Source: Escherichia phage kaset
Sequence record: PV245935.1
Length of the DNA stretch: 64,000 nucleotides
Reading direction: 5' to 3' (one strand)
Part shown: positions 31,098-40,496 of the stretch, piece after piece
Layout of the letters: each line of letters begins with the position of its first letter
Numbering within the stretch: the stretch's first letter is position 1
The notes under the pieces: model-generated
Databases searched by the model: none
Seen by the model: only the letters and a program-made list of their open reading frames with translations
Told to the model about the DNA's origin: nothing
Made by a program: the position numbers and the translations under genes

Positions 31098-31612
31098 TTA
31101 TTTTCCTTTGATGCGTTGAATTGGTCGATTTTAATTTTAGCCTGATTATAAGTATCAATCAAGCTATTAACTTTCTCTTTTAATCGGTTCGTTTCTGCGG
31201 CGAACTGAACAAGAAATCGGACATCCTCTTCTGATAGTCCACAGTTTCCTTCTGGGATAGAGAGGCGTCCAGTGGTCGCAGAGTAGGGCACACTCCTGAG
31301 TAATTCACGGGAACAGCTGAGTTGCTCGCGCAGCTTGATATTCCCAGACTTGTAACGAGCAATAGTGTCATCAGCAACCAGTTGCGCTTCCTGGCGACCC
31401 TTCTCATATGCCGATGCCGATTCAACCTGTAAAGATGCAATTTGCTCTTCGAGTGCATTTATCTTGTCCTTACGCTCATTAAGCGATGTCAGATATTGAT
31501 TGTCCTTGGCCAGTGATGCGTTGGTTTGCTGAAGGTCTTCAACGTATGATCCAGCGGCGAACGCGCCAACAAGGGCCAGAATCTTCAGTAGCGGTACAAT
31601 TCTTTCTATCAT
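31094..31612 (-). CDS. Rz: i-spanin (Rz-like)
   Basis: 172 aa; N-terminal TM segment, coiled coils, C-terminal LREQLSCSRELLR region resembling lambda Rz; contains embedded lipoprotein ORF in another frame. Confidence 0.55.
   Translation of the reverse strand: MIERIVPLLKILALVGAFAAGSYVEDLQQTNASLAKDNQYLTSLNERKDKINALEEQIASLQVESASAYEKGRQEAQLVADDTIARYKSGNIKLREQLSCSRELLRSVPYSATTGRLSIPEGNCGLSEEDVRFLVQFAAETNRLKEKVNSLIDTYNQAKIKIDQFNASKENK
31180..31407 (-). CDS. Rz1: o-spanin (Rz1-like lipoprotein) embedded within Rz
   Basis: internal start of ORF 31180-31458; signal MRRVARKRNWLLMTLLLVTSLGISSC with lipobox ISSC; Pro-containing mature part. Confidence 0.5.
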   Translation of the reverse strand: MRRVARKRNWLLMTLLLVTSLGISSCASNSAVPVNYSGVCPTLRPLDASLSQKETVDYQKRMSDFLFSSPQKRTD

Positions 31613-31669
31613 GATGCACCAGATAAATAAAAGGCCGCCAATCGGCAGCCTTGTTGATTTGATTGTCGA

Positions 31670-32530
31670 TTAAAACTCTTCTGCGTCGGTCGGAGTTTCA
31701 TTGACAGGACCAGCGGCACCACTTGCTTCTTCCTGCTTGCTGCGGTCAATGTTAACGTTGCCGCCAACTACGTCGTTGTGGAACGCTTTGGCGACTTCGT
31801 ACAGGCCTTTGTCCTGCACCAGACCTTCCAGCTCAAACTTCAGGACGGACCAGGTGTTGCCGTCTTTGGACTGAGACGCAGTACCCATGCGAACGATGTT
31901 CATGAAGGTCGGCGGCATTTTCAGGCCCTGCGGAGTCTGAACTTTCTTCTGCTGCAGCGCGGTCATCAGCATGCGAGACGGCTTGATCATGGAAGAAGTC
32001 AGAGACAGCATTGCGCTACCAAATTCACCAGTTTCTTCGTTCAACAGGATCACAAAGTGGTTACGTGTATCTGCGTAGTAAGGTGATTTCTTCTCGTGCA
32101 CCTTGCCGTTTTCGTCTGGAACAAACACCTTACCGTTGATCTCAACAGCGCGGCCTGCCGCGACTTCTGCATCAACGTGCTCTTTGGTAAATTCACCTTT
32201 AAAGCCTTTATCGTCGGACTCGCGACCGCCCCAAAGGATGAAGGTGCGTTTGAATGCACAAGGGATGATCTGCACGCCTTTCTTGCCGTCATACAATTCA
32301 CCAGTAACGGTATTGTACAACATACCAGCTTTTGCGCCAGGAACGTGTTTTGGATCATCTTCGTCGACCATCGGAGACATCTTTTGCAGTACGACGATAA
32401 AAGGAATGGCATAAGCGTCGGCATCGGCACCTTCAAAACCAGCGCCAAAATCGGTCATATCGACAAAATCAGCCATAGCGGACATCTGGGTGTTTTTCAC
32501 TGCAACTTCGGTAGTTTCTTTCTTAGACAT
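31670..32530 (-). CDS. putative ssDNA-binding protein (acidic C-terminal tail)
   Basis: 286 aa ending in acidic tail ...ETPTDAEEF, as in T7 gp2.5-type SSBs; within replication module. Confidence 0.35.
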   Translation of the reverse strand: MSKKETTEVAVKNTQMSAMADFVDMTDFGAGFEGADADAYAIPFIVVLQKMSPMVDEDDPKHVPGAKAGMLYNTVTGELYDGKKGVQIIPCAFKRTFILWGGRESDDKGFKGEFTKEHVDAEVAAGRAVEINGKVFVPDENGKVHEKKSPYYADTRNHFVILLNEETGEFGSAMLSLTSSMIKPSRMLMTALQQKKVQTPQGLKMPPTFMNIVRMGTASQSKDGNTWSVLKFELEGLVQDKGLYEVAKAFHNDVVGGNVNIDRSKQEEASGAAGPVNETPTDAEEF

Positions 32531-32589
32531 TTGATGTTTTCCTATAGTATCAAGTTTCGTGGCAACCTGATTTCAAGATAAAGGTTAAA

Positions 32590-33147
32590 TTACTTTTTGC
32601 TTTTAGGCAAGGTTATTTTAGCTTCTTTATACTCAAAGACGCTAATATCTTCACTGACTGGATTACCCGCTTCCAGCTGTTCTTTTACGAATGACTTCAG
32701 TGTAGCAGAATGAACGCCTTGTTTCAACGTGGCTTCAATACCGTCTTCACGCAGCGCGGCAACAATCTCTTGCGCTTGCTCGATTTCTTCGCGACCGAAC
32801 TCAGCCGTGACGCTGGACTTGATCAAGCCGCCGTAACCGTTGTTGACAAGCCAATCGAATACTTTCAATTCATTTTCTTTCTTAATTGAAGCATTGACTT
32901 TTGACTCGACCTTGATTTTGGTCTTGTCTTCAAGCTTGATTTCGGACACGCCAAGCTCATCCATAACGCCAGGAAGCAGAACAGTTTTGATTTCACTGAT
33001 GCGCTGCTTTTGCATATCAGCTTCATCTTCAAGCTCTGTCAAAGCTTCTTGGCGTTCTGCCAATTCCGATACTAAGCGCGCAAGGCGCTCTTGGATGCTC
33101 TCAGGAGCGACCTGCGGCAAATCATCTTCCCAATTAATATTGCTCAT
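32590..33147 (-). CDS. hypothetical replication/recombination-associated protein
   Basis: 185 aa, coiled-coil N-terminus; start lies in copy 1 of a 52-bp tandem duplication. Confidence 0.45.
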   Translation of the reverse strand: MSNINWEDDLPQVAPESIQERLARLVSELAERQEALTELEDEADMQKQRISEIKTVLLPGVMDELGVSEIKLEDKTKIKVESKVNASIKKENELKVFDWLVNNGYGGLIKSSVTAEFGREEIEQAQEIVAALREDGIEATLKQGVHSATLKSFVKEQLEAGNPVSEDISVFEYKEAKITLPKSKK

Positions 33148-33240
33148 ATTTTACCTTCTTGCATTAGCCCTTCAACACGGGTCATTTGATATTGCTCATA
33201 TTTTACCTTCTTGCATTAGCCCTTCAACACGGGTCATTTG
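33137..33240. repeat. perfect tandem duplication, 2 x 52 bp
   Basis: 33137-33188 and 33189-33240 are identical (atattgctcatattttaccttcttgcattagcccttcaacacgggtcatttg). Confidence 0.85.
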
Positions 33241-33459
33241 ATAACGTTCAGGTTTCCAAGCCGCCAAAGCCTTCTCAGCGCCTTTTAAAGTTTTATATGC
33301 CTTGATGCCAGGCATAATGACGGTATTCACCCCAGCACCGTTGCCATAATCAAACTCTTTTACAACGCGGAACATGCCGTCAATTTCTTTGACCAAAAGA
33401 CGTTTGAACGCGATTGCGCCAGTAGCTTCATTTTTGTAACGTTCAAGGATGCGTACCAT
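33196..33459 (-). CDS. hypothetical protein
   Basis: 87 aa; stop lies in copy 2 of the 52-bp duplication. Confidence 0.45.
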   Translation of the reverse strand: MVRILERYKNEATGAIAFKRLLVKEIDGMFRVVKEFDYGNGAGVNTVIMPGIKAYKTLKGAEKALAAWKPERYQMTRVEGLMQEGKI

Positions 33460-33533
33460 TTTGTATTCTTCTATTTCGTTTCGATGAAGTAATTATGACT
33501 CATCTTCCGTGACAAGTCAAATTATTTTTGATA

Positions 33534-35057
33534 TTAATTCATCTTTTTGCCGTCGAGGATGTGATCAGCAAGCATAGACTTCATACTTAGTGAACGCTGA
33601 ATTTCTTCATCGATGGTGTCAACACCAATAAAATCAACATACAACACGCTTGATTTGGTGCCGATGCGGTGATTTCGGTCTTCGGATTGCTTGCGCAACT
33701 CGTTGTCGTAGTTGCAAGAATAATAAATTGCCAAGTCAGCGGCTGTAAGCGTGATGCCGATGCCTGCCGCAGCAGCGTGGCAGACCAATACTTGTGTTCC
33801 ACCATTCTCGACTGTGTTTTTCTGGAAGTCATCAATCAAGAACTCACGCTGCTCTTTTGACGTTTCACCGTTGTATACACCCGTGACCACGCCTTCAGAC
33901 TCAAGCCAATCCTTAATCTGGTTCATCTCTTCCTTAAAGATGGCCCAAACAATGAACTTGCGCTCTGGGTCGTCTTCCAGCACCCCTTCCACATAATCCT
34001 TAAAGGCCGTGAATCGTGGGTTGTCTTCCATGTAGACCATCTCATCATACACCTTAACAAAACCGGATGTCACCTGCTTCATCTTAGTGCGCGACGCGAT
34101 CATCTCAAACTTGACGTTTTCTTCTTCGCCCTTGTATTCCATCAAATAGTTGTACTCATTCTTGAGTTCATCGTAAACATCGCGTTGTTTAGGCGACAAC
34201 TCGAAGTCAATAAACTTGTACACCTTCTCTGGAAGGTCAGGCAAGTATTCTGCTTTTGTTGCACGAAAATAGTGCGGTTCCATCAGCCGGATAAGCTTGT
34301 CAAGGTTCTTGTACATCGGTCGGCCAAACTGGTCTTTGCGCGGCACTTGCGGAATCCCATAGCCATTGCCGCCGATTTTCTTGAGGATGGCTTGCATCTC
34401 TGGGTCGTGCGCTTCAAGCAGCACAGTGAATTCAGAGTTGAAGGCGCGGAAAGATTTGGTGCCGAGCAATCCTGCTTCAAGGAAGTGATATTGCATGTAA
34501 ATATCAGCAGGCGAGCGCGGCAACGGCGTGCCAGAAAGGATTCGACGGGCCTTTGCCAGCCGTCCCAATTCCACAACCTTGATGGAGCGTTTGGCTGTGT
34601 TATTCTTGATGCGCGTTGATTCGTCGATGATCATCAGGCAGCGGTACTTCTTCAAGACCGACTCGATGTGTTGATAACCGACTGGTGTGTTGACAGTATC
34701 GATGTTGAATGAGAAGATGCGCGCAGGCACTTCGCCTTCGGGGTAGTGATCAGCAAACATCTTCTCCCAAAGCGCCTTGCCCTTTTTAGTTTTCATCTTA
34801 TCATTGCCGCGCCAGTAGTGCCCAATCCACTTGATGGAAAGGTGTTCTGGTGCTTCACGACGAATCCAGTTTGAGTGGACGCCGTTTGGAGCGATGACGA
34901 CCATGGCATCGAACGCGCCAGCGGTGAAGTGCTTTTCAAACTCTGCCAAAGCGGTCCAAGTTTTACCAAGACCCTGTTCCATAAAATAGGCAAAGTATTT
35001 TCTGCGGCCTGCTTTATCAAGCGCCAATAGTTGGTGGCGCATTCCTTGTGTTTTCAT
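33534..35057 (-). CDS. SNF2-family (DEAD/DEAH-like) helicase
   Basis: 507 aa; GLGKT Walker A, IIDESTRIKN DExx box, LSGTPLPRSP motif, C-terminal QSEDRNHRIG. Confidence 0.75.
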   Translation of the reverse strand: MKTQGMRHQLLALDKAGRRKYFAYFMEQGLGKTWTALAEFEKHFTAGAFDAMVVIAPNGVHSNWIRREAPEHLSIKWIGHYWRGNDKMKTKKGKALWEKMFADHYPEGEVPARIFSFNIDTVNTPVGYQHIESVLKKYRCLMIIDESTRIKNNTAKRSIKVVELGRLAKARRILSGTPLPRSPADIYMQYHFLEAGLLGTKSFRAFNSEFTVLLEAHDPEMQAILKKIGGNGYGIPQVPRKDQFGRPMYKNLDKLIRLMEPHYFRATKAEYLPDLPEKVYKFIDFELSPKQRDVYDELKNEYNYLMEYKGEEENVKFEMIASRTKMKQVTSGFVKVYDEMVYMEDNPRFTAFKDYVEGVLEDDPERKFIVWAIFKEEMNQIKDWLESEGVVTGVYNGETSKEQREFLIDDFQKNTVENGGTQVLVCHAAAAGIGITLTAADLAIYYSCNYDNELRKQSEDRNHRIGTKSSVLYVDFIGVDTIDEEIQRSLSMKSMLADHILDGKKMN

Positions 35058-35476
35058 GACAATTCCTCTAAATACTTAATGATGTGATGAATAGTTCCCT
35101 TCACGATTATCTCACGTTGAACGTCTGCAATATTATAACGCTTTAATTCAATCGAAGGGTGGACTAAATAAAACATCTTCTCAGAATCGACTTTAAGCAA
35201 AACAAATGATGGGTATTTCCAATCATTCCACGAAGAAAGAAAGCTGCACTGACCTTTCTCAAATGCATTTCTGAAAGGTGCAGTGGTAGCCCTTGCAGGC
35301 CACGATTCAAAGAACTTCATTTCAAGCCAAAAGCCGCGCCCTTTCCGGTTGGTGCCGATTACATCCGGCACACCATCACCCGTCATGGATTCGATTCTTT
35401 GAAGCTTCAATACTGATTCCGAATGCTTCTTCAAAGGTACGAATATGTATTTCTGTTCACGGTTGTTTGTTGCCAT
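35054..35476 (-). CDS. VRR-NUC domain nuclease (putative)
   Basis: about 140 aa; GVPDVIG...GFWLEMKF pattern of PD-(D/E)xK VRR-NUC; 5' end overlaps DnaE-like gene so an internal start was chosen. Confidence 0.45.
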   Translation of the reverse strand: MATNNREQKYIFVPLKKHSESVLKLQRIESMTGDGVPDVIGTNRKGRGFWLEMKFFESWPARATTAPFRNAFEKGQCSFLSSWNDWKYPSFVLLKVDSEKMFYLVHPSIELKRYNIADVQREIIVKGTIHHIIKYLEELS

Positions 35477-38360
35477 CTGGATACACCTGTTTGATAACGT
35501 CGACGATGAACATGTCAATGCCTTCAAGTTTGCGACCTTTCATCAGGAAGAATGCACCGTTCCCGACGTTCTCTGCAATGTACTTCCCGTACTTCTGGAA
35601 CTTCTCTGGGCGAATCCTGAAACGCATTGGCGAATCGGTCGAATCGTCTTTGCACATAAGGTCGATGAACTGAGTTTCAAGCTTGTTTCCATACTGGTCA
35701 AACTCTGCGTAGCGGCCATCGGCCTGAAGACCCTTTTTAAGTTTGCCGTGCTTTGTATAAATGCCGCGCTCAAGACGTTTACGGATTCGTGTTGCTTCGT
35801 TCTCGTCTGCCAGCACTTTCTTGGTCAACTTGCCGATTACTATTGCACGCTCATCATCGCCTACTTCCTTCATCTGGCGTATTGAAGCACCGGAAGTAAC
35901 GCCAATCAGATAGGGGTCATTATACGCCCAGCCGAACTTGGTGTGCATCTCTGTAAGGTCGCCGTATTTGACTTCAGCATTGGCCAATGCATCCTTTTGC
36001 TTTTGCGTTAAGGTTCCGGCTTCACGTGCTTCGATATACTTCATCGCCTTCACCATTCCGTACCCTTTAGCGTTCATGATGCCGCCGATTAGCTTTCCGT
36101 TAGCGATGGTCCAGTTCATTGAAGAGTGATCAGGGTCGATTGGCACATAATCCACGCCTTCCTTCGCAAGTTCACGTAATATCGCAATCGTCTGGTCTTC
36201 GTCCTTAGCAGCGCGTAAGCAGGCAGCGGCAAATTCCAACGGGTAGTGTCGTTTAAGCCACAAGGTCCAGTAGGTCACGACCGCGTATGATACGGAGTGT
36301 GACTTGTTAAAGCCCCATGACCCGAACGTCGCCATCGCTTGCCAAAGCTTTCTTGCATCCGCTTCCGGTACGCCGTTATTTATTGCGCCTGCAACGAAGT
36401 CTTCGCCAAGCTTGTTAAAGTATTCCTCACCCTTACGGCCTGACATCGCCTTACGTACAGCGGATGTCTTCGCCCAGTCAAATGAACCAATCTCTTTCAC
36501 CACGGCCATGATTTGCTCTTGGTAAAGAAACACGCCGTAAGTCTCTTTTAAGTACGGCTCAAGCTGCGGCACGTCGTACTCAATCGGCGCACGTCCTGCC
36601 GCGCGTTCAATGTATTTCTGGGCCATACCGGATGACAACGGGCCAGGTCGACCAAGTGCTGTCAGGTTATCGATTTTGTTAAAGTTATCAACGTGCACAA
36701 AGTTGGTTACTGAGCGTACAGCATCGCCTTCGAACTGGAAGATGCCTGACATCTTATTTTCGTTAAGGATGTCAAGGACGCTTTGATCATTGAGCTTGAT
36801 TCCGTACAGCGTTTCAGCATCTATCACGCCAGTATCGGAAATTATTCCGAGTGTGCGGAGGCCCAGCGCATCAAGCTTCAAAAGGTTAAGGTATTCGCTG
36901 TCAGGCTTATCAATTTGCGCAATCCCTTCCGCCGTTACCGTACAGTAATCAGAGATTGGATCATTACACACGATGATTCCCGCTGCGTGAACGCCAGTGT
37001 GGGAAGGGTGAATCTCAAGGTCACCCATGCATCGCGCGGCGTCAGGATATTTCGCCACGAACTCTTGGCCCGTGGTCGTGGTTGCAAAGGTATCCTCCAG
37101 GCCGTGACCATAACGGGCGTCACCGGATGAGTATTCAAGCAATGCGTTTTTAATGTTGGCCGTTTCGTGATAGCCGATGTTGAACTTCTTACCAACCTGA
37201 GCCATTACTGAGTTGGCCTTAAGCGTGTTGATGTTGCCAAGTTTTGCAACGTTCATTTCGCCGTATTTTTCTTTAAGGTAATCAAACACCATATAGCGTT
37301 TGGTATCCTCAAAGTCAATATCAATATCAGGAAGGTCGGCGCGGCTTACGTCGATGAATCGGGCAAACAACAGCTTATACGGGATTGGGTCAACTTCCGT
37401 GATGCCGAGACAATAGCAAACCAGTGAACCAGCCGATGAGCCGCGAGCGGGTCCGACGAGCATTTTTGTCTTTGCGAATCGTACAAGGTCTGCTACCACC
37501 AGAAAGTATGAGTCGAAATCTTTCAGCTGAATCTGGTGAATCTCTTCGTTGAATCGGTCCTCATATTCCTGAGTCCATTCTTTGATGTGGCCTGCCTTGA
37601 GGCGGTACTCCATCCCCTCACGAGCAAGTTTAACCATGTCACCAGCAAGGTGAATAATCGGTGCCTTGCGCAACTTCAGGCCAAGCCCCACGATTCCGTT
37701 TGCGATATCAACAGCATTGGACGTTGCTTGATTCAACTCATCTTCGGTAAGGATTCCTTCAAGCTGTTTTCGCAAGTCTTCCGCGTCAACGATGCAATGC
37801 GGCTTAACTGTGTCGCGAACTTCCCACGCATAAGCAAAGTCGACGTGCTCAGGTGAAGGCATATGGTTGTATCCGGTTAAAACCAGCGGCCTTCCGTTGC
37901 TGCGGTGAGCCAATGCCTGGCGCTTAGCCAAAAGGAACGATGATGGGTTGACGTCTATATAATCGTAGTCCTCTGGCAGCAGCAACTCCACGGCACCGCC
38001 ACAGAATTTAACGACTCCATCGAGCGCCCCGAACTCTGCACGGGTCAGTCCGCCGCGCTGTGTTGCAAGTGTCGTAGCGTTGTAAAAAGATTTCAGGTCA
38101 AGGGCCAATATCCAAGCCTTCGGTTTGAATCCCTTTTTCGGGTCCGCATCAGGGTCAATGATTGGAATCTCCATGCCGAACATAGGCTTGATATCATTCT
38201 TCTGACATTCCTTTTCCCAGCGAACGTGACCCCATGTATTGTTGTCAACTAATGCCGCGACTTCGCAGCCCAACTCTTTGAGCCGTGCTATAATTTCAGG
38301 ATGCCGTCCATATACTTCTTTGAACGTGTAACCGCTGCGAACTCTCAATTGTGGAAACAT
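35457..38360 (-). CDS. dnaE: DNA polymerase III alpha subunit-like replicative polymerase (DnaE family)
   Basis: 967 aa; N-terminal PHP-like region; palm motif GPARGSSAGSLVCYCLGITEVDP. Confidence 0.85.
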   Translation of the reverse strand: MFPQLRVRSGYTFKEVYGRHPEIIARLKELGCEVAALVDNNTWGHVRWEKECQKNDIKPMFGMEIPIIDPDADPKKGFKPKAWILALDLKSFYNATTLATQRGGLTRAEFGALDGVVKFCGGAVELLLPEDYDYIDVNPSSFLLAKRQALAHRSNGRPLVLTGYNHMPSPEHVDFAYAWEVRDTVKPHCIVDAEDLRKQLEGILTEDELNQATSNAVDIANGIVGLGLKLRKAPIIHLAGDMVKLAREGMEYRLKAGHIKEWTQEYEDRFNEEIHQIQLKDFDSYFLVVADLVRFAKTKMLVGPARGSSAGSLVCYCLGITEVDPIPYKLLFARFIDVSRADLPDIDIDFEDTKRYMVFDYLKEKYGEMNVAKLGNINTLKANSVMAQVGKKFNIGYHETANIKNALLEYSSGDARYGHGLEDTFATTTTGQEFVAKYPDAARCMGDLEIHPSHTGVHAAGIIVCNDPISDYCTVTAEGIAQIDKPDSEYLNLLKLDALGLRTLGIISDTGVIDAETLYGIKLNDQSVLDILNENKMSGIFQFEGDAVRSVTNFVHVDNFNKIDNLTALGRPGPLSSGMAQKYIERAAGRAPIEYDVPQLEPYLKETYGVFLYQEQIMAVVKEIGSFDWAKTSAVRKAMSGRKGEEYFNKLGEDFVAGAINNGVPEADARKLWQAMATFGSWGFNKSHSVSYAVVTYWTLWLKRHYPLEFAAACLRAAKDEDQTIAILRELAKEGVDYVPIDPDHSSMNWTIANGKLIGGIMNAKGYGMVKAMKYIEAREAGTLTQKQKDALANAEVKYGDLTEMHTKFGWAYNDPYLIGVTSGASIRQMKEVGDDERAIVIGKLTKKVLADENEATRIRKRLERGIYTKHGKLKKGLQADGRYAEFDQYGNKLETQFIDLMCKDDSTDSPMRFRIRPEKFQKYGKYIAENVGNGAFFLMKGRKLEGIDMFIVDVIKQVYPDGNKQP

Positions 38361-38902
38361 TATTTACTCCATATGTCATATACGCCAATTTGTTGGCAGA
38401 CTTTGTGCAGTAATATTACGTCGTCTAATGCACGGTGCTTCTGTTCATATTTTCCGAAATATAATTCATACAACTCTTGAAGCTTAACTCTTCGGCCAAA
38501 AATAGGCAAGGTTTGCTCGACTGTACAAATGTTTATTTCTGGAAAATTAACATCACCAAGTGTAAGACCTTCGCGCTGTAATGCATAGTCAAGAATGTTT
38601 TTATCAAACGCATGGTTGTGCGCGATAGTTGCATCCGTCTTCTTGAATATTTCTTTTAGCTGCGGAACGAAATGAATAAATGGTGGATTGCACTCAAGGT
38701 CTTCGTTGGTTAATCCGGTAATCTTCGTGATGATTTCTTCAATCACAATTTCAGGATTAATTATGAACTCGAACGTTTCAAGAATCTCTTTGCCGTCCGT
38801 CAACAGGCCTGCAAATTCAATAGGGCGCGGCTGCATTCCAAGCGGCGCTTTCGGGTGCACGGTTAATCCGGTTGTTTCGAAGTCATAAGGGAGAAATAAC
38901 AC
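38360..38902 (-). CDS. DnaQ-like 3'-5' exonuclease (DEDDh)
   Basis: 180 aa; Exo I YDFETTG, Exo II IAHNHAFD, Exo III HRALDDV; 1-nt overlap with DnaE-like gene start. Confidence 0.8.
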   Translation of the reverse strand: MLFLPYDFETTGLTVHPKAPLGMQPRPIEFAGLLTDGKEILETFEFIINPEIVIEEIITKITGLTNEDLECNPPFIHFVPQLKEIFKKTDATIAHNHAFDKNILDYALQREGLTLGDVNFPEINICTVEQTLPIFGRRVKLQELYELYFGKYEQKHRALDDVILLHKVCQQIGVYDIWSK

Positions 38903-38913
38903 ATTGGCCTCCT

Positions 38914-38940
38914 ACAAAAAGGCCGCCCATTAGGACGGCC
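38914..38940 (-). terminator. hairpin plus U-tract (attenuator/terminator) upstream of exonuclease gene
   Basis: on minus strand GGCCGUCC-UAAU-GGGCGGCC then UUUUUG, then AGGAGG RBS. Confidence 0.35.
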
Positions 38941-38956
38941 ACAGATTCAAGATTCG

Positions 38957-39508
38957 TTATGCAGTGTACGGAGTGCCGTCTTGATTCAACCGCACGATGA
39001 ATTTAAGGTCTACACCGATGATTTCACGCGTATCAAAGATCACATAGTTGTAACGACGCTGACCAGCAATATTTGGGTTGGTGTGAGAGTCAGTTACGAC
39101 TTCCTGCGCAACCTGAATGCCTTCTTCTTTAAAGAACTTACGCCATTCAGCAAGTTCAGCGACAGTCACGTGCATACCAAGATGGCTGACCTGATTATCG
39201 TGCGCATCGAGCATGTCGATGTTTTCGTTGATCCAGTTGCAACCTTTTGTGTAGTCAAGAATTTCAAGTTCAAGAGGCTTGCCAGCGCCGCCATCGGTGC
39301 CGTTGCCAGCCTGATAGTTGAAGCGCAAGTCAGCTTCATTGGTGCAATCGTCGCGACGACCTTTAAATTCATCAGCTTCAAATACGCGACCAGTAGCAAC
39401 AACATGATCATGGAACCATTCTGTCAGGCCGATTTTGGCCAGAAAATCCTGTGCACGCTGAGCATCTGGAATTGACAGGGCGATTTGTTCAATTTTAAAG
39501 TGTGGCAT
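38957..39508 (-). CDS. hypothetical protein (possible VOC/glyoxalase-like fold)
   Basis: 183 aa; tentative fold assignment from His/Glu spacing only. Confidence 0.3.
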   Translation of the reverse strand: MPHFKIEQIALSIPDAQRAQDFLAKIGLTEWFHDHVVATGRVFEADEFKGRRDDCTNEADLRFNYQAGNGTDGGAGKPLELEILDYTKGCNWINENIDMLDAHDNQVSHLGMHVTVAELAEWRKFFKEEGIQVAQEVVTDSHTNPNIAGQRRYNYVIFDTREIIGVDLKFIVRLNQDGTPYTA

Positions 39509-39528
39509 TTTGTTTCCTTAATTAAATA

Positions 39529-39744
39529 TTATTGATTAATTACTGTGTTGTCTTCGTCCTGTTTCTTTTCAGGAGCGGGTGTGACAACTTCAAATTTAGG
39601 TTTGGGCAATTCACCTTTAGCACCTGGGACTTCAACGACAATCTTTTTGTCAGGCTCAACAGGATTTGGAACTTCAAATTTGATCGTGTATCCTAATACA
39701 ACAAGAAGCACTAAACCGATTACCGCTACCCAGGCTTTGTTCAT
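39529..39744 (-). CDS. small membrane-anchored protein
   Basis: 71 aa; N-terminal TM helix AWVAVIGLVLLVVLGY then Pro/Lys/Glu-rich tail. Confidence 0.4.
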   Translation of the reverse strand: MNKAWVAVIGLVLLVVLGYTIKFEVPNPVEPDKKIVVEVPGAKGELPKPKFEVVTPAPEKKQDEDNTVINQ

Positions 39745-39747
39745 GAT

Positions 39748-40431
39748 TTATTTCCCAAATGGAATATCAGTACCAGACATAAAGCGCCATGCGCCCGTAA
39801 TTAAGATATGGCGAATGAAGTCAGCAATTACTTGCGGCTCAGTCTCCAATCCATTCATCAACGCCTTTTTCTGGTATTCAGCAGCATACTCAGGAGTCCA
39901 GCCGCGAGTCGCGCAAACAGCATCTTCAATCTGTTTAGACATACCAGTGCCGCGCAACTTGTTAGGACTAATAGAGAATACCGTGATCCCGTATTTAGGC
40001 GTAAGTTCGTGGGCCATCTGCTTACTGATCATAAGCGCAGCGGCCTTGGAAGCATTATAACACAAGCTGGACGTCATAGGAATATGCGCAGCGTTGGAAA
40101 CGATATTGATCACAAAACCTTTGTTGTCGATAAGACTTTTCAGTGTCGCCTGAGTCGTGTTAACGAAAGAGAAAGCGTTGGTATGCATAACGCGGTTAAA
40201 TTCTTCGTAGTTGACATCTTCAAACCAGTTGTTGGAGTTTACGCCAGCACAGTTGATCAAGCCTTCTACATCATATGGGCTTAAAATTTCTTTCATCTGT
40301 TTAGCGTCGCGGACGTCATATCCGTATGCTGAATCGATGCCAAGCACGTTATGACCGTAAGCGCCAAGGGTGTCAAAAATAGATTTACCAAGACCAGAAT
40401 TGGAACCTGTTACAACAATTACTTTTTTCAT
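39748..40431 (-). CDS. short-chain dehydrogenase/reductase (SDR)
   Basis: 227 aa; Rossmann motif VVTGSNSGLGKS, NCAGV, catalytic YNASK (YxxxK). Confidence 0.75.
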   Translation of the reverse strand: MKKVIVVTGSNSGLGKSIFDTLGAYGHNVLGIDSAYGYDVRDAKQMKEILSPYDVEGLINCAGVNSNNWFEDVNYEEFNRVMHTNAFSFVNTTQATLKSLIDNKGFVINIVSNAAHIPMTSSLCYNASKAAALMISKQMAHELTPKYGITVFSISPNKLRGTGMSKQIEDAVCATRGWTPEYAAEYQKKALMNGLETEPQVIADFIRHILITGAWRFMSGTDIPFGK

Positions 40432-40452
40432 TTATTTATCCTTTTTGGACTT

Positions 40453-40486
40453 CGTTTCGATGAGATAAATATAACTCATCGAAACG
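40453..40486. promoter_or_regulatory. perfect 12-bp inverted repeat with AT-rich loop
   Basis: CGTTTCGATGAG-ataaatataa-CTCATCGAAACG between HAD and SDR genes. Confidence 0.5.
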
Positions 40487-40496
40487 CACAAGTAAA

